Positions 9,804-19,402 are shown, counted from the first letter of the stretch. The stretch: 64,000 nucleotides of DNA from Myxococcota bacterium (GCA_040386535.1 JAZKFH010000013.1:450817-514816); one strand, 5' to 3'. The notes: generated by a model from the letters alone, not told the origin. Translations and numbers: made by a program.

Positions 9804-9965
9804 TTAGTCCTGCGACTTGGCCGCGGCGTTCGCGTCCGCCTCGGGGGTGTGGAGCGGGAACACGGGCGTGGTGCCCTTGTTCTCGCGGGCGCGGCGCGCC
9901 TTGACGCCCGCGTTCTTCTTGCGGAGCTTGCGGCGGTACTCGGTCTGGGCGGTTGCGGAGGCCAT
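9804..9965 (-). CDS. Small basic protein (53 aa), absent from the ORF track
   Basis: Hand translation MASATAQTEYRRKLRKKNAGVKARRARENKGTTPVFPLHTPEADANAAAKSQD*; almost all codons end in G/C; followed by a terminator-like hairpin. Confidence 0.75.
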   Translation of the reverse strand: MASATAQTEYRRKLRKKNAGVKARRARENKGTTPVFPLHTPEADANAAAKSQD

Positions 9966-10058
9966 GGTTTCACCAGGAAAAGAGGGTGGCGCCTGTTATG
10001 GCGCGGCGGCGGTGCCGTCAATGATTGCCTCGCGGAGCGCCGAGGTGTACAACGGCGC

Positions 10059-10856
10059 GTGCGCAATCATCTGGCCTTGATCCTGCTTCTGTCTCCGATG
10101 GTGTCCGCCGGTTGCAACCGCCTGGACGCGGTGAGCAACCTCGCCGATCCCGTGGTTGCGCAGGGGTTGTTCCTCGGGCTCGACGTGCCCGCCGCCTACG
10201 TGGACGATCTGGCGGGCACCGACGAGTTCCAGTACGCCGCGCTCTGCAACGTGTTCCTGGCCTACGTGGCGGATCCCTCCGAGCTCGCGAACGCGCCGGT
10301 GGAGGGGGCGGTGCTCACGTTCCGCTCGCCCACCAACGGCCTGTTGACGTTCCGCGAGTCCGTGGACGACGAGGGGCAGGTGGTCCCCGGAAAGTACGAG
10401 CTCGACTCGTCGGACGGCCTCGTCTACGAGGTCGGGGAGACCCCCACCATCTCCTTCACGATCGACGGGGCGGAGGCGCGGCTAGACGTGCTCGCCCCCG
10501 CCGCGCCCGAGGTCGAGCTTCCCGGCAGCTTCCAACGGGAGAACCCGCTGCACGTCGATCTGTCCGACTACGGCTACCAGAACGCCGTGGCCGCGGCCTA
10601 CGACATCGATCGTGGCAAGATGACGTGGGACAACCTCCCGACCGCGGTCGACGAGGTGTACACGTTCACCCACACCGAGGCGCCCATCGAGATCCTCGAG
10701 ATCCCGGCGGAGGCCTTCCTGCGGAAGAGCACCTATGTCGTCGGCATCGCCGGCATGGAGGTGGCCGATCCGCTCTCCTTCGAGGGCGTGAACACGTCGG
10801 TCTCGGCGTTCCTGGCCGGCCAGCTGTCGGTGGGGCTCGTGGTCGTCACGGAGTAG
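10059..10856 (+). CDS. Hypothetical lipoprotein
   Basis: GTG start, hydrophobic stretch with VSAGC lipobox, beta-rich acidic mature region. Confidence 0.65.
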   Translation: MRNHLALILLLSPMVSAGCNRLDAVSNLADPVVAQGLFLGLDVPAAYVDDLAGTDEFQYAALCNVFLAYVADPSELANAPVEGAVLTFRSPTNGLLTFRESVDDEGQVVPGKYELDSSDGLVYEVGETPTISFTIDGAEARLDVLAPAAPEVELPGSFQRENPLHVDLSDYGYQNAVAAAYDIDRGKMTWDNLPTAVDEVYTFTHTEAPIEILEIPAEAFLRKSTYVVGIAGMEVADPLSFEGVNTSVSAFLAGQLSVGLVVVTE

Positions 10857-10868
10857 AGCCCCGAGCCG

Positions 10869-12677
10869 CTACTCGATCGTGATCGACCCGGGGATCATCG
10901 CCACCGCGCCGTCCGCGAGCATGCGCTCCAGCGAGAAGAGCTGCCCGTAGGCCTCCGCCACGCCGGGCACGAGCACCTCAGCGGGCACGAGCATCTGCGG
11001 GGCCGAGGCCTTCTGCAGGTCCTCGACGATCTGCTCCACGAAGGTGCGGCGCTTGGGGAGTCGCAGCAGGCTCACGTCCTCCCCCTCGGGGATCTCCGCG
11101 AGGGTGCGGGCGCGGGCGATGGCGACGTCGAGGCCGCCGAGCTCGTCGACCAGCCCACGCTCCTTGGCCTGCACGCCGGTCCACACGCGCCCCTGGGCGA
11201 CCTCGTGCACCTGCTCACGGGTCATCTTGCGGCCGTCCGCCACGCGGGTGAGGAACACCTGGTAGAAGCCCTCGAGGAACTCGCGGAACTTGGCACGTTC
11301 GAGCTCGGAGAAGTCGCTCGTGGGGGAGAGCAGGCCGGCGAGCTGGCCGCGCTGGTAGGTGTGCATCGTGATGCCGAGCTTCTCGTAAAGCCCCGCGAGG
11401 TTCATCTTGCCGCCGAACACGCCGATGCTGCCGGTGAGCGTGCCGGGCTCGGCCACGATCGAGTCGGCCGCGGCGGCGATGTAGTACCCGCCGCTCGCCG
11501 CGTAGTCGCCCATGGAGACGACGACCGGCTTGCCCGCGTCGCGCACGCGCTTGATGTCGTGCCACATCGCGTCGGAGGCGAGGCCGCTGCCGCCCGGAGA
11601 GTTCACGCGCAGCACGACGGCGACAACGTCGTCATCCTTGCGCACGGTCTCGAGCATCTCGGAGATCGTACGGTCACCCACCATGCTGCCGCCGAACACG
11701 GGGCTCCCCGATTCGCCGCTGATGATCTGGCCCTCGGCGTGCACGATGGCGATGGTCTTCCCCACGGCGAGGGGGGAGGTGGGCTCGTGGTAGTCCCCGA
11801 GCTCCGTGCGCTCCTCGCCGGCCATCTCCTCGCGCACCTGGTCCCGGTACTTCAGGCCGTCCACGAGGCCGACCGCGAGGGCCGCGTCCGGCGTGATCGG
11901 CGGGTTGTCGACCAGGGCACGCACCTGTTCCGGCGTCATGCCGCGGCCGGCGGCGATGCCGTCCGTCAGCTGGGCGTAGAGGCTGTCGAGCATCGACTCG
12001 GTCGCGATGGATGCGGCCTCGGAGGGGCCCGTTCGCTGGAAGGGTTCGATGGCGCTCTTGAAGTCGCCCACGTGCTCGAAGTTCGAGCGCACGCCGAGCT
12101 TCTCGAGGGTGCCCGCGAAGTACTCCGTCGTGACGGAGAAGCCGTTGAGAAGGATGAGCCCGGCCGGCGCCATGTACACGTTGTCGCACGCGCTCGCGAG
12201 GTAGTACGCCTTGTTGTCGAAGGTCTCGCCGTACGCGTAGCAGGGCTTTCCGGACGCGGTGAACGCCGCGATCGCGTCGTGCATCTCCTGCGTGGCGCCC
12301 CAGCCCGTCGAGACCGCGCCCACCTCGAGGTACAGGCCCTTGATGCGGGGATCCCCGGCGGCGCGCCGGATGTCCGCGGCCACCTCGGTCACGAGCGGCG
12401 GGAAGTCGGCGGGATCCATGACGAAGCCACCTTCGCCCGGCGCGTCCGACAGGTTTCCGGAGAGCTCGACCTCGAGGAAGCTGTCGTCGGTGACGCCACC
12501 GCCGCTGAACCCCTCCTTCGCGAAGAACACGACGCCCGCGGTGGCGGCGGCCAGGGTCACGAGGCCCATGACGCTGATGCCGATGAGCAGGCGCGCGCCG
12601 CGACCGGATCGACGGGGACGCGGGGCCGGAGGGACCGGTGCGGCTCCGGAGCCGGTCGTGTCGGTCGTGTCGTTCAT
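10869..12677 (-). CDS. sppA: Signal peptide peptidase SppA (protease IV, long form)
   Basis: N-terminal TM, YYLASA, GDFKSA, LRVNSPGGS, AASGGY, TGSIGV, QGRVWTG. Confidence 0.92.
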   Translation of the reverse strand: MNDTTDTTGSGAAPVPPAPRPRRSGRGARLLIGISVMGLVTLAAATAGVVFFAKEGFSGGGVTDDSFLEVELSGNLSDAPGEGGFVMDPADFPPLVTEVAADIRRAAGDPRIKGLYLEVGAVSTGWGATQEMHDAIAAFTASGKPCYAYGETFDNKAYYLASACDNVYMAPAGLILLNGFSVTTEYFAGTLEKLGVRSNFEHVGDFKSAIEPFQRTGPSEAASIATESMLDSLYAQLTDGIAAGRGMTPEQVRALVDNPPITPDAALAVGLVDGLKYRDQVREEMAGEERTELGDYHEPTSPLAVGKTIAIVHAEGQIISGESGSPVFGGSMVGDRTISEMLETVRKDDDVVAVVLRVNSPGGSGLASDAMWHDIKRVRDAGKPVVVSMGDYAASGGYYIAAAADSIVAEPGTLTGSIGVFGGKMNLAGLYEKLGITMHTYQRGQLAGLLSPTSDFSELERAKFREFLEGFYQVFLTRVADGRKMTREQVHEVAQGRVWTGVQAKERGLVDELGGLDVAIARARTLAEIPEGEDVSLLRLPKRRTFVEQIVEDLQKASAPQMLVPAEVLVPGVAEAYGQLFSLERMLADGAVAMIPGSITIE

Positions 12678-12854
12678 GGGGAGTGCTCCAGTGGATTTGT
12701 CGAGGGCGCCTATCACGTCGCGACGGTGCCGATCCGGCGCCGCCCGTCATGGTCCGTAAGCCCGAGCCCGGGCGCTTCGCCCGCCGCTTAGACGAGCAAG
12801 AGTCTCGACACCGATCGCCTCATCGTCAGCCACGTTGTGTCGCGGTGCGATCGA

Positions 12855-13964
12855 TCAGCCCCAGCAGCGCCGACGGTGGGCGTCGAGGAACGGGAGCACC
12901 CGCGCGAACACCGCGGTCGGAGCGCGCGCGCCGAGCAACGGGTCGAGGTGCCCCCACCCGCCGGTCAACACCACGAGCGGCGCGGCGAGGGCCTCGGCGG
13001 CGGGCGAGGCGGCGGTCGGCGGGCACGCGGGATCGTCGTCGCCGGCGAACACGAGCGCGGGGAAGGGGCGGAGCGCGCTGGTCACGTCGAGGCGGCCGGA
13101 GACGTCCGTGAGGTGCCCGCTGGACACCCACCGCGCCATCTGGCGGATGACGCCGCCGTGCAGGTCGCCCGCGGCGTAGCGCAGCCGGGCGCGCGCGACC
13201 GGGCCCGCGGTGTCGGGAGAGGCGATCTGTTCGCCCGTGGTCACGAAGGGGGAGACCAGCTGCTGGAGCCGGCGCCCGGGGAGCACCCACCCCGCCGGGA
13301 GCAGCGTGGCGACGAGCCCGGCGTTGCGCGCCGCCGAGACCCCCGCCGAGAAGCGGACCGCGCCGCAGAGTGTGACCAGCGCGGCCATGCCGTCGGTGCC
13401 CGTGAGCGCCATGCGCAGGTAGAGCGCCTGGGCGCCGAGCCCGTGGCCCACACACAACACCTGGTCGAACCCGCTGTGCACGCGCACGGCATCGAGGGCG
13501 GCGCCGAGATCGTGGATGGCGATGTCGTCCAGCGAGAAGGCACGCGCGCCTTCGGGCGGCAACGCGCTGCGGTCGCCGCGGTGTTCGAGCAGGTAGACCG
13601 AGTAGCCGGCGGCCGCGAGCGTGGCGGCGAGGCAGCGGCCGGGCTCGAGCGAGAAGTCGCGGTGGGTGCCGCCCAGCCCGTGCGCGAGCAGGACCGGCTC
13701 TCCGGAGGTGCCCGGGGCGGCTGCGACGTGGAAGAGCGGGGCGCGCCAACCGTCGTCAGCGGTGTAGTACACGCGCGGCAACGCCTCGCCACGTCCGCTC
13801 GCGGTGTACGGGTCGCGCGTGCGCGCCTGGACCACGCGGAACGTGAGGCCGAGCGCGGCGTCGCCGACCCACCGGGCGAGGGCCGGCGCGGGGGAGGGCG
13901 GCCACGGCGCGGGGCGCGGGGAGGGGAGGGCGGAACCCTCTTCGTGGGCGTGGGGATCAGCCAT
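12855..13964 (-). CDS. Alpha/beta-fold hydrolase-like protein lacking the catalytic nucleophile
   Basis: VLLAHGLG, HRG, GHGLG at the nucleophile elbow (no Ser/Cys), GDDD, GHLD. Confidence 0.75.
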   Translation of the reverse strand: MADPHAHEEGSALPSPRPAPWPPSPAPALARWVGDAALGLTFRVVQARTRDPYTASGRGEALPRVYYTADDGWRAPLFHVAAAPGTSGEPVLLAHGLGGTHRDFSLEPGRCLAATLAAAGYSVYLLEHRGDRSALPPEGARAFSLDDIAIHDLGAALDAVRVHSGFDQVLCVGHGLGAQALYLRMALTGTDGMAALVTLCGAVRFSAGVSAARNAGLVATLLPAGWVLPGRRLQQLVSPFVTTGEQIASPDTAGPVARARLRYAAGDLHGGVIRQMARWVSSGHLTDVSGRLDVTSALRPFPALVFAGDDDPACPPTAASPAAEALAAPLVVLTGGWGHLDPLLGARAPTAVFARVLPFLDAHRRRCWG

Positions 13965-14025
13965 GCGCGGCACGGGAGGGCCGGAGGTGGCCCCCGAGGG
14001 GAGGCCGACTCGAAGAGAGACTTGA

Positions 14026-14176
14026 AGGGGGACGGGCAGATGCGCGCTGGGGCAAACAACAGGAGCTGCGGCGGGCGGACGTTTGCCCCGTCGTCAACGA
14101 CCTCGCCGCGTTCAAGGGCGACACGGACACAACTTCAACGTTGGAAACAGCAATCGCGCGAACCTGCCCGTCCTCC
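14026..14176. other. Long stem-loop element (candidate ncRNA or MITE-like)
   Basis: GGGGGACGGGCAGATGCGCGC pairs with GCGCGAACCTGCCCGTCCTCC (18/21 Watson-Crick); inner GGGGCAAAC/GTTTGCCCC stem. Confidence 0.45.
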
Positions 14177-14322
14177 AGAAAACCCGGCGCGACACCCTTC
14201 AACGTTGGCTTCAGGGAGGGTCTTGCCATGTCAAGGGGAGCGTAGCATGTCTCGCTTCGTCACGGAAGCCGGCGCTCCGTGATCGATGGTGCACGCGGCC
14301 CGCATCCGGTGCCGCGTGGACC

Positions 14323-15807
14323 CTACTTGACGCCGAACGTCTCGTTCCGCTCGATCTTCGCGCTCGCGACCACGTCGGCGCGCCACTGCTCGAGGAACTC
14401 GGCGCGGCGCTGGGCGATCAGGCGGCCCTCGAGCATCGTGCGCGTGTCTTCGAACGCGGCGGGATCGGCCTCGGTGCGCGACGCCACGGATACGACGAAC
14501 ACGTTGTCCTTCAGCTTGAGCGGCACGGGCACGACGTAGCCGGCGGGCGACTTCTCGATCTGCTGCCGGAGCTCCGCGCTGTCCCCGAGCCGCGGCACTT
14601 CGGGATCGGCGAGGCTGAACGCGCCCGTGGCGTCGGCCGCGAGGCGCTTCTCCGCGAGCAGCTCCGCGGGCGGGGCGCCGTTCGCCTTCCACGCTTCGAT
14701 GAGCCGGGCGGCGTAGGCGTCGACCAGGGCCGGCGCGCGCTCCGCCTTGAGCATGTTCACCGCGATGTCGGGCTTCGCCTCGTCGAGAGAGATGACCTTG
14801 GCCTCCTCGACCTTCTCGACGAGCAGGATCTGGAGGCCCCGGCCGGTCTTGGTGACCGCGGAGACCTTGCCGACCCCGGCGGTGTCCGCCGCGGCGACGA
14901 GCGCCGCGTCGATCTGGTCCTTCGCCTGGAGGCCCAGCAGGCCGCCGGCGGAGGCGGAGAGGTCCTCGCTCCAGCGCTTGGCGAGCTCGGCGAAGTCGGC
15001 GCCCGCGGCGGCCTCGGCGCGAACGGCCTCGGCGCGGGCCACCACGGCGGCCTCGTCGGTGCCGGGCAGATCGGTGCGCAGGAGGATCGTACGGAGCTGG
15101 TACCGCTTGGGGAGGTTGTAGAAGCGGTCGTACGACTCGTCGTAGCGGGCCTTGACCCGGTCGGCGTTCTGCGTGAGGAACGCGTCCCGATCGGCGTCGG
15201 AGACGACCACGTCGTCGAGGAACGCGGACGCGGGGATGCGTACGAACGCCAGATCGAGGGTGGTCTCCTGCTTGAGGTACTCGGACTTCAGCTCGGTGCC
15301 GCTCACCGCCACGGAGCGGCTGGCGAAGTCGGCCAGCTTCTGCACGAGGAGGCTGCGGTGCACGCTCGACTCGAACTGCCCGCGGGTCATGCCGTTCGAC
15401 TTGAGCAGGCGAAGGTAGGTCTTCTCCTCGAACTTGCCGTCAGCGCCGGCGAAGCTCGGGATCTTGACGACCTCACGCGCGACCTCCTCCTCCGACACGG
15501 AGATGCCGAGGCGGTCGGCCTCCTGAACCAGGGCTTCCTCCTCCACGAGGCTGGTGATCACCTTGTTGCCGAGATCCTTCTCCTCGTCCTCGGTGAGGCT
15601 GCGGCCGGCCTGGCGCGCCTGCTGCGAGAACGCGCGGCGGAAGTCGCTGTCCGTGATCGTCTGCCCGTTCACCGAGGCGTAGATCGACGTCTGGTCGCTG
15701 TTGCCCGTACCGACGCCCCAGAAGATGAAGAAGGCGACGCCGACCCCGATGAGCAAGCGGGTGCCAGTGCTGTCGGTGCCTTTGCGCAGGTTCTCGAGTA
15801 CGGACAT
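14323..15807 (-). CDS. ppiD: PpiD/SurA-like periplasmic folding chaperone (SurA_N plus parvulin-like domain)
   Basis: N-terminal LENLRK plus TM, A.VNG..I, F....GKF...Y, DFAELAKRWSED...GG.LG. Confidence 0.8.
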   Translation of the reverse strand: MSVLENLRKGTDSTGTRLLIGVGVAFFIFWGVGTGNSDQTSIYASVNGQTITDSDFRRAFSQQARQAGRSLTEDEEKDLGNKVITSLVEEEALVQEADRLGISVSEEEVAREVVKIPSFAGADGKFEEKTYLRLLKSNGMTRGQFESSVHRSLLVQKLADFASRSVAVSGTELKSEYLKQETTLDLAFVRIPASAFLDDVVVSDADRDAFLTQNADRVKARYDESYDRFYNLPKRYQLRTILLRTDLPGTDEAAVVARAEAVRAEAAAGADFAELAKRWSEDLSASAGGLLGLQAKDQIDAALVAAADTAGVGKVSAVTKTGRGLQILLVEKVEEAKVISLDEAKPDIAVNMLKAERAPALVDAYAARLIEAWKANGAPPAELLAEKRLAADATGAFSLADPEVPRLGDSAELRQQIEKSPAGYVVPVPLKLKDNVFVVSVASRTEADPAAFEDTRTMLEGRLIAQRRAEFLEQWRADVVASAKIERNETFGVK

Positions 15808-15882
15808 GAGTCGAAACCGGGAAGCGGGCGCATCTATGATCCGCCGCGCGATTTTTCAAGCCACACGTTTCGAGCACCGGTG

Positions 15883-15912
15883 TTGTCAGGTCAAGGGGCG
15901 CTGTGCTACAAG
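15883..15912 (+). promoter_or_regulatory. Candidate sigma70-type promoter for mreB
   Basis: TTGTCA-N18-TACAAG with TG extended -10, upstream of mreB. Confidence 0.3.
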
Positions 15913-15996
15913 CGGGGTCCCGCCTGTGTGTCAATCTGACGCACGTCCCCGTCGATCTCTCGACCTGGCTCTCCCGAGCCTTCGCCCGGACTCGCA

Positions 15997-17022
15997 ATGT
16001 TCAATTCCGTGCTCGGCATGTTCTCCCAGGACATGGCCATCGATCTCGGCACCGCGAACACGCTGGTGTACGTGAAGGGCCGGGGCATCGTCTGCAACGA
16101 GCCCTCCGTGGTGGCCATCCATCACGACCGGAAGGGGAACAAGAACGTCGTCGCGGTGGGGACGCGGGCCAAGGCGATGCTCGGCCGGTGCCCGTCGGAC
16201 ATCCAGGCCATCCGCCCCTTGAAGGACGGCGTCATCGCCGACTTCGAGGTCACCGAGGCGATGCTCCGCTACTTCATCGAGCGGGTGAACGGGCGCCGCA
16301 GCTTCGTCGCGCCGCGCATGGTCGTGTGCATCCCGTACGGCACGACCGAGGTGGAGAAGCGCGCGGTGCGCGAGTCCGCCGAGTCGGCCGGCGCCCGCAA
16401 GGTGCACCTCATCGACGAGCCCATCGCCGCCGCCATCGGCGCCGACCTGCCGATCACGGAGCCCACGGGCAACATGATCATCGACATCGGGGGCGGCACC
16501 ACCGAGGTGGCGGTCATCTCCATGGGCGGCATCGTCTACAGCCGGTCCATCAAGGTCGGCGGCGACCACATGGACGACGCGATCAGCAACCACATCCGGC
16601 GTCGCCACGAGCTCCTCATCGGGCCGCGCACCGCCGAGCAGATCAAGATCACCCTCGGCAACGCCTCGTGTGACGGTCGCCTCCGCGAGATGCAGGTCAA
16701 GGGCCGCGATCTCGTCCGTGGTTTCCCCCGCACCGTCACCGTGCACTCCGACGAGGTTCGCGACGCGCTCGAGGAGCCCATCCAGCTCATCGTCGACGCC
16801 GTGGTCGCCTCCCTCGAGCGCACGCCGCCCGAGCTGCTCGGCGACATCGTCGACCGCGGCATCGTCATGACCGGCGGCGGCGCGCTGCTGGCGCGGCTCG
16901 ACTACGTGATCAGCCAGGCCACGGGCCTTCCGGTCATCGTGGACGACGATCCGCTCTCGGCCGTGGTCAAGGGTTCGGGCCGCGCGCTCGAGGAGATGGA
17001 CCTGCTGGGGCTGTTCAGCTAG
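15997..17022 (+). CDS. mreB: Rod shape-determining actin homologue MreB
   Basis: IDLGTANT, EPSVVA, RPLKDGVIADF, DIGGGTTE, TGGGALL. Confidence 0.95.
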   Translation: MFNSVLGMFSQDMAIDLGTANTLVYVKGRGIVCNEPSVVAIHHDRKGNKNVVAVGTRAKAMLGRCPSDIQAIRPLKDGVIADFEVTEAMLRYFIERVNGRRSFVAPRMVVCIPYGTTEVEKRAVRESAESAGARKVHLIDEPIAAAIGADLPITEPTGNMIIDIGGGTTEVAVISMGGIVYSRSIKVGGDHMDDAISNHIRRRHELLIGPRTAEQIKITLGNASCDGRLREMQVKGRDLVRGFPRTVTVHSDEVRDALEEPIQLIVDAVVASLERTPPELLGDIVDRGIVMTGGGALLARLDYVISQATGLPVIVDDDPLSAVVKGSGRALEEMDLLGLFS

Positions 17023-17052
17023 TCCGGCGCTCGCGACGAGGGTGCGCGGGGC

Positions 17053-17107
17053 GGGGCAGGGCGCAACCTCTCCGCGGAAGGGGCAGGGCGCAACCTCTCC
17101 GCGGAAG
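17053..17107. repeat. 27-bp perfect tandem duplication in a terminator-like region
   Basis: GGGGCAGGGCGCAACCTCTCCGCGGAA x2 between convergent mreB and trxA. Confidence 0.85.
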
Positions 17108-17124
17108 CTGCGCCCCTTTCCCGA

Positions 17125-17460
17125 TCAGGCCTCGAGCACCTTGTTGACGAGGCTGTCCAGCGCGGTCTTGCTCATGGAGCCGACCTTGCGCTCGAACACC
17201 TTGCCGCCCTTGAAGAAGATCAGGGTCGGGATGGACTGCACGCCGAACTGGTTGGGCGTGTCCGTGTTCTGGTCGATGTCGATCTTGCAGACCTTGAGCT
17301 TGCCCTTCTTCTCGTCGGCCAGCTGGTCGAGCAGCGGAGCGATGGCCTTGCAGGGGCCGCACCAGACGGCCGTGAAATCGAGGAGCACGGGCACGTCGCT
17401 CTCGAGGACCTGGTGCTTGAAGTCGGCGTCGGTGATGTTCAGGACGTTGGCGCTGGCCAT
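17125..17460 (-). CDS. trxA: Thioredoxin
   Basis: WCGPC active site, SIPTL cis-Pro motif. Confidence 0.95.
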   Translation of the reverse strand: MASANVLNITDADFKHQVLESDVPVLLDFTAVWCGPCKAIAPLLDQLADEKKGKLKVCKIDIDQNTDTPNQFGVQSIPTLIFFKGGKVFERKVGSMSKTALDSLVNKVLEA

Positions 17461-17531
17461 GATACTCCCAGAGGGTCCGGCGTCATTATGATCCGGCCAG
17501 GGCGGGGGCAATGGCCCGGCCGAGGATGTGT

Positions 17532-19400
17532 ATGGGTCGGATACTGGCCGTCGACGATGACGTTCTTTCACGAGCCGTCCTCATCGACGCTCTCCGGTCG
17601 CTCGGGCACGAGGCCGGGGCCGCATCCTCGGGCCCCGAGGCCCTCGCGCGCCTGCTCGGAGAGCCCTGGGATCTGCTGATCGCCAAGGTCACCTTGCCGG
17701 GGATGGACGGCCTGGAGCTGGCGCGTCGCGTCGCGACACGTACGCCGCCGGTGCGGATGGTGCTGGTGGGCGCGCCGTCGCCAGCGGACCTGCGCACGGT
17801 GCCGCACGCCGGGGTCCTCCCGAAACCGTTCGACGCGGGGGCGCTCGCCCGCTTGCTCCACACGTTGTTCGCGCCGACTCCCCCCGCGCCTCCGCCCGCC
17901 GACAGCTGGAGCGGGCTGGAGTCCCTCTCGGCCGTGTCCGGCCCGATCGACCGCTACCCGCCGGTCCGGGTCCTGTTCCTCGCGCACCGTGTCGCCGCCA
18001 CCGGGGCGATGCGCGTCGAGGTGGACGGTCGTGTCGCGGTCGTGGGCCTTCGCGGCGGGAACGTGGTGCACGTGTCCGGCGTCTCCGATCTCTTCGCGGC
18101 CCTCGGCTCCTCGTTGCCGGACGACCTGACCCAGGGCCTCGGCGCCGCGGTGGCCGGGGGCTACCCGCCGGACCGCGCGCTCGCCGCCGCCACCGATGGC
18201 CTCGGGGCCTGGCTCGCCGGCCTCGTGGACATGCGCGGCGGTGCTGTGACGTTCGACCTGGCGTGGGTCCCGCCCGCCGGCTCGTTCCCGCTCCCCGATC
18301 CCGTCCCGCGGGTGCTCGCCCGGGGGCTCGCGCTCGGGCGCACCGACGCGCTCGTGGCCCGAACCTGGCGCGCGCTCGACCTGGCCGGGCTCTCGCCGCG
18401 CCTGCCGGATGACTCGGCCGAGTCCCGTTGGGGCATCGACGCCACCTCGATGCGCGTCCTCCGGCTCGCGCCACGGGCCCGCACGGTCGACGTGCTGCTT
18501 CGCGAGGCCGCCGGGGCAGACGCCGCGCGCCGCACCGAGGTGCTGCGGGCGCTCGACACGCTCACGGTGCTCGGGCTCCTCGTGGTCGACGGGGGAGGGT
18601 TTGCGCGCCCGGCGCCGGGGAGGACGCCCGTCGAGCCGACCGTAGAGGACGCCCGCGGGATCCGGCTCGCCGAGGCCGCCGCGGCGATGGAGCGGAGCCA
18701 ACCCATCGAGATCCTGCAGCTCCTTGGCCGAAAGACCCTCACGGACGAGGATGTCGCCAACGCCTACCGCGAGATCTCGCGCAACTACCACCCCGACACC
18801 TACTTCAACGCGCCCCCCGCGGTCCGCGCGCTCGCGGAGACCTGCTTCTCCCGCGTGAACACCGCGTACGACGCGCTCCGCGCGCCCGAGGGCATGGCCG
18901 AGGCGCGCCGTCAGCTCCAGGCCATTGCCATCGGCGCTCCGTTCGTCGCGACGAAGGACCACCTCAACGCGCGCGTGGCGTTCCGACGGGGCGAGGTGCC
19001 GTGGCGGGCGCGGGACTGGAAGGCCGCGGATCCGCTCTTCCAGGAGGCAGCGCGCCTCGACCCGCACACCTGGCCCCACGCGCTCTACGCGGTGTATTGC
19101 GGGTGGCTGGCGAGGCGCGTCCCCGCGAACCAGGCGCTCGCAGCGTTGGAGGCGATGAAGCCTCCGGAGGCGACGCGGGCCGCCGAGGTGCTCGTCTGGG
19201 CCGGCAACCTGCTCAAGCAGGACGGGCGCGAGAAGGAGGCGTTCGTGCGCTACCGCTCCGCCCTCCAGAAGGATCCGACCAACCGGGACGCCCAACGCGA
19301 GATCCGGCTCTACGAGGTGCGGCACCCCGCCCCCTCGCGGGCGCCGGCGAGCAGCTCGGGTGGCATCTTCGGCGGGATGTTCGGGTCGAAGAAAGACTGA
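17532..19400 (+). CDS. Receiver-like + DUF4388-like + J-domain + TPR protein
   Basis: ILAVDDD...LPGMDG...KPF receiver fold with Lys at the phospho-Asp position; YREISRNYHPD J-domain; C-terminal TPR-like helices. Confidence 0.8.
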   Translation: MGRILAVDDDVLSRAVLIDALRSLGHEAGAASSGPEALARLLGEPWDLLIAKVTLPGMDGLELARRVATRTPPVRMVLVGAPSPADLRTVPHAGVLPKPFDAGALARLLHTLFAPTPPAPPPADSWSGLESLSAVSGPIDRYPPVRVLFLAHRVAATGAMRVEVDGRVAVVGLRGGNVVHVSGVSDLFAALGSSLPDDLTQGLGAAVAGGYPPDRALAAATDGLGAWLAGLVDMRGGAVTFDLAWVPPAGSFPLPDPVPRVLARGLALGRTDALVARTWRALDLAGLSPRLPDDSAESRWGIDATSMRVLRLAPRARTVDVLLREAAGADAARRTEVLRALDTLTVLGLLVVDGGGFARPAPGRTPVEPTVEDARGIRLAEAAAAMERSQPIEILQLLGRKTLTDEDVANAYREISRNYHPDTYFNAPPAVRALAETCFSRVNTAYDALRAPEGMAEARRQLQAIAIGAPFVATKDHLNARVAFRRGEVPWRARDWKAADPLFQEAARLDPHTWPHALYAVYCGWLARRVPANQALAALEAMKPPEATRAAEVLVWAGNLLKQDGREKEAFVRYRSALQKDPTNRDAQREIRLYEVRHPAPSRAPASSSGGIFGGMFGSKKD

Positions 19401-19402
19401 CT

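Noticed and set aside
14133..14149. parS-like palindrome
   Set aside because: The core is CAACGTTG, not the CACGTG of GTTTCACGTGAAAC
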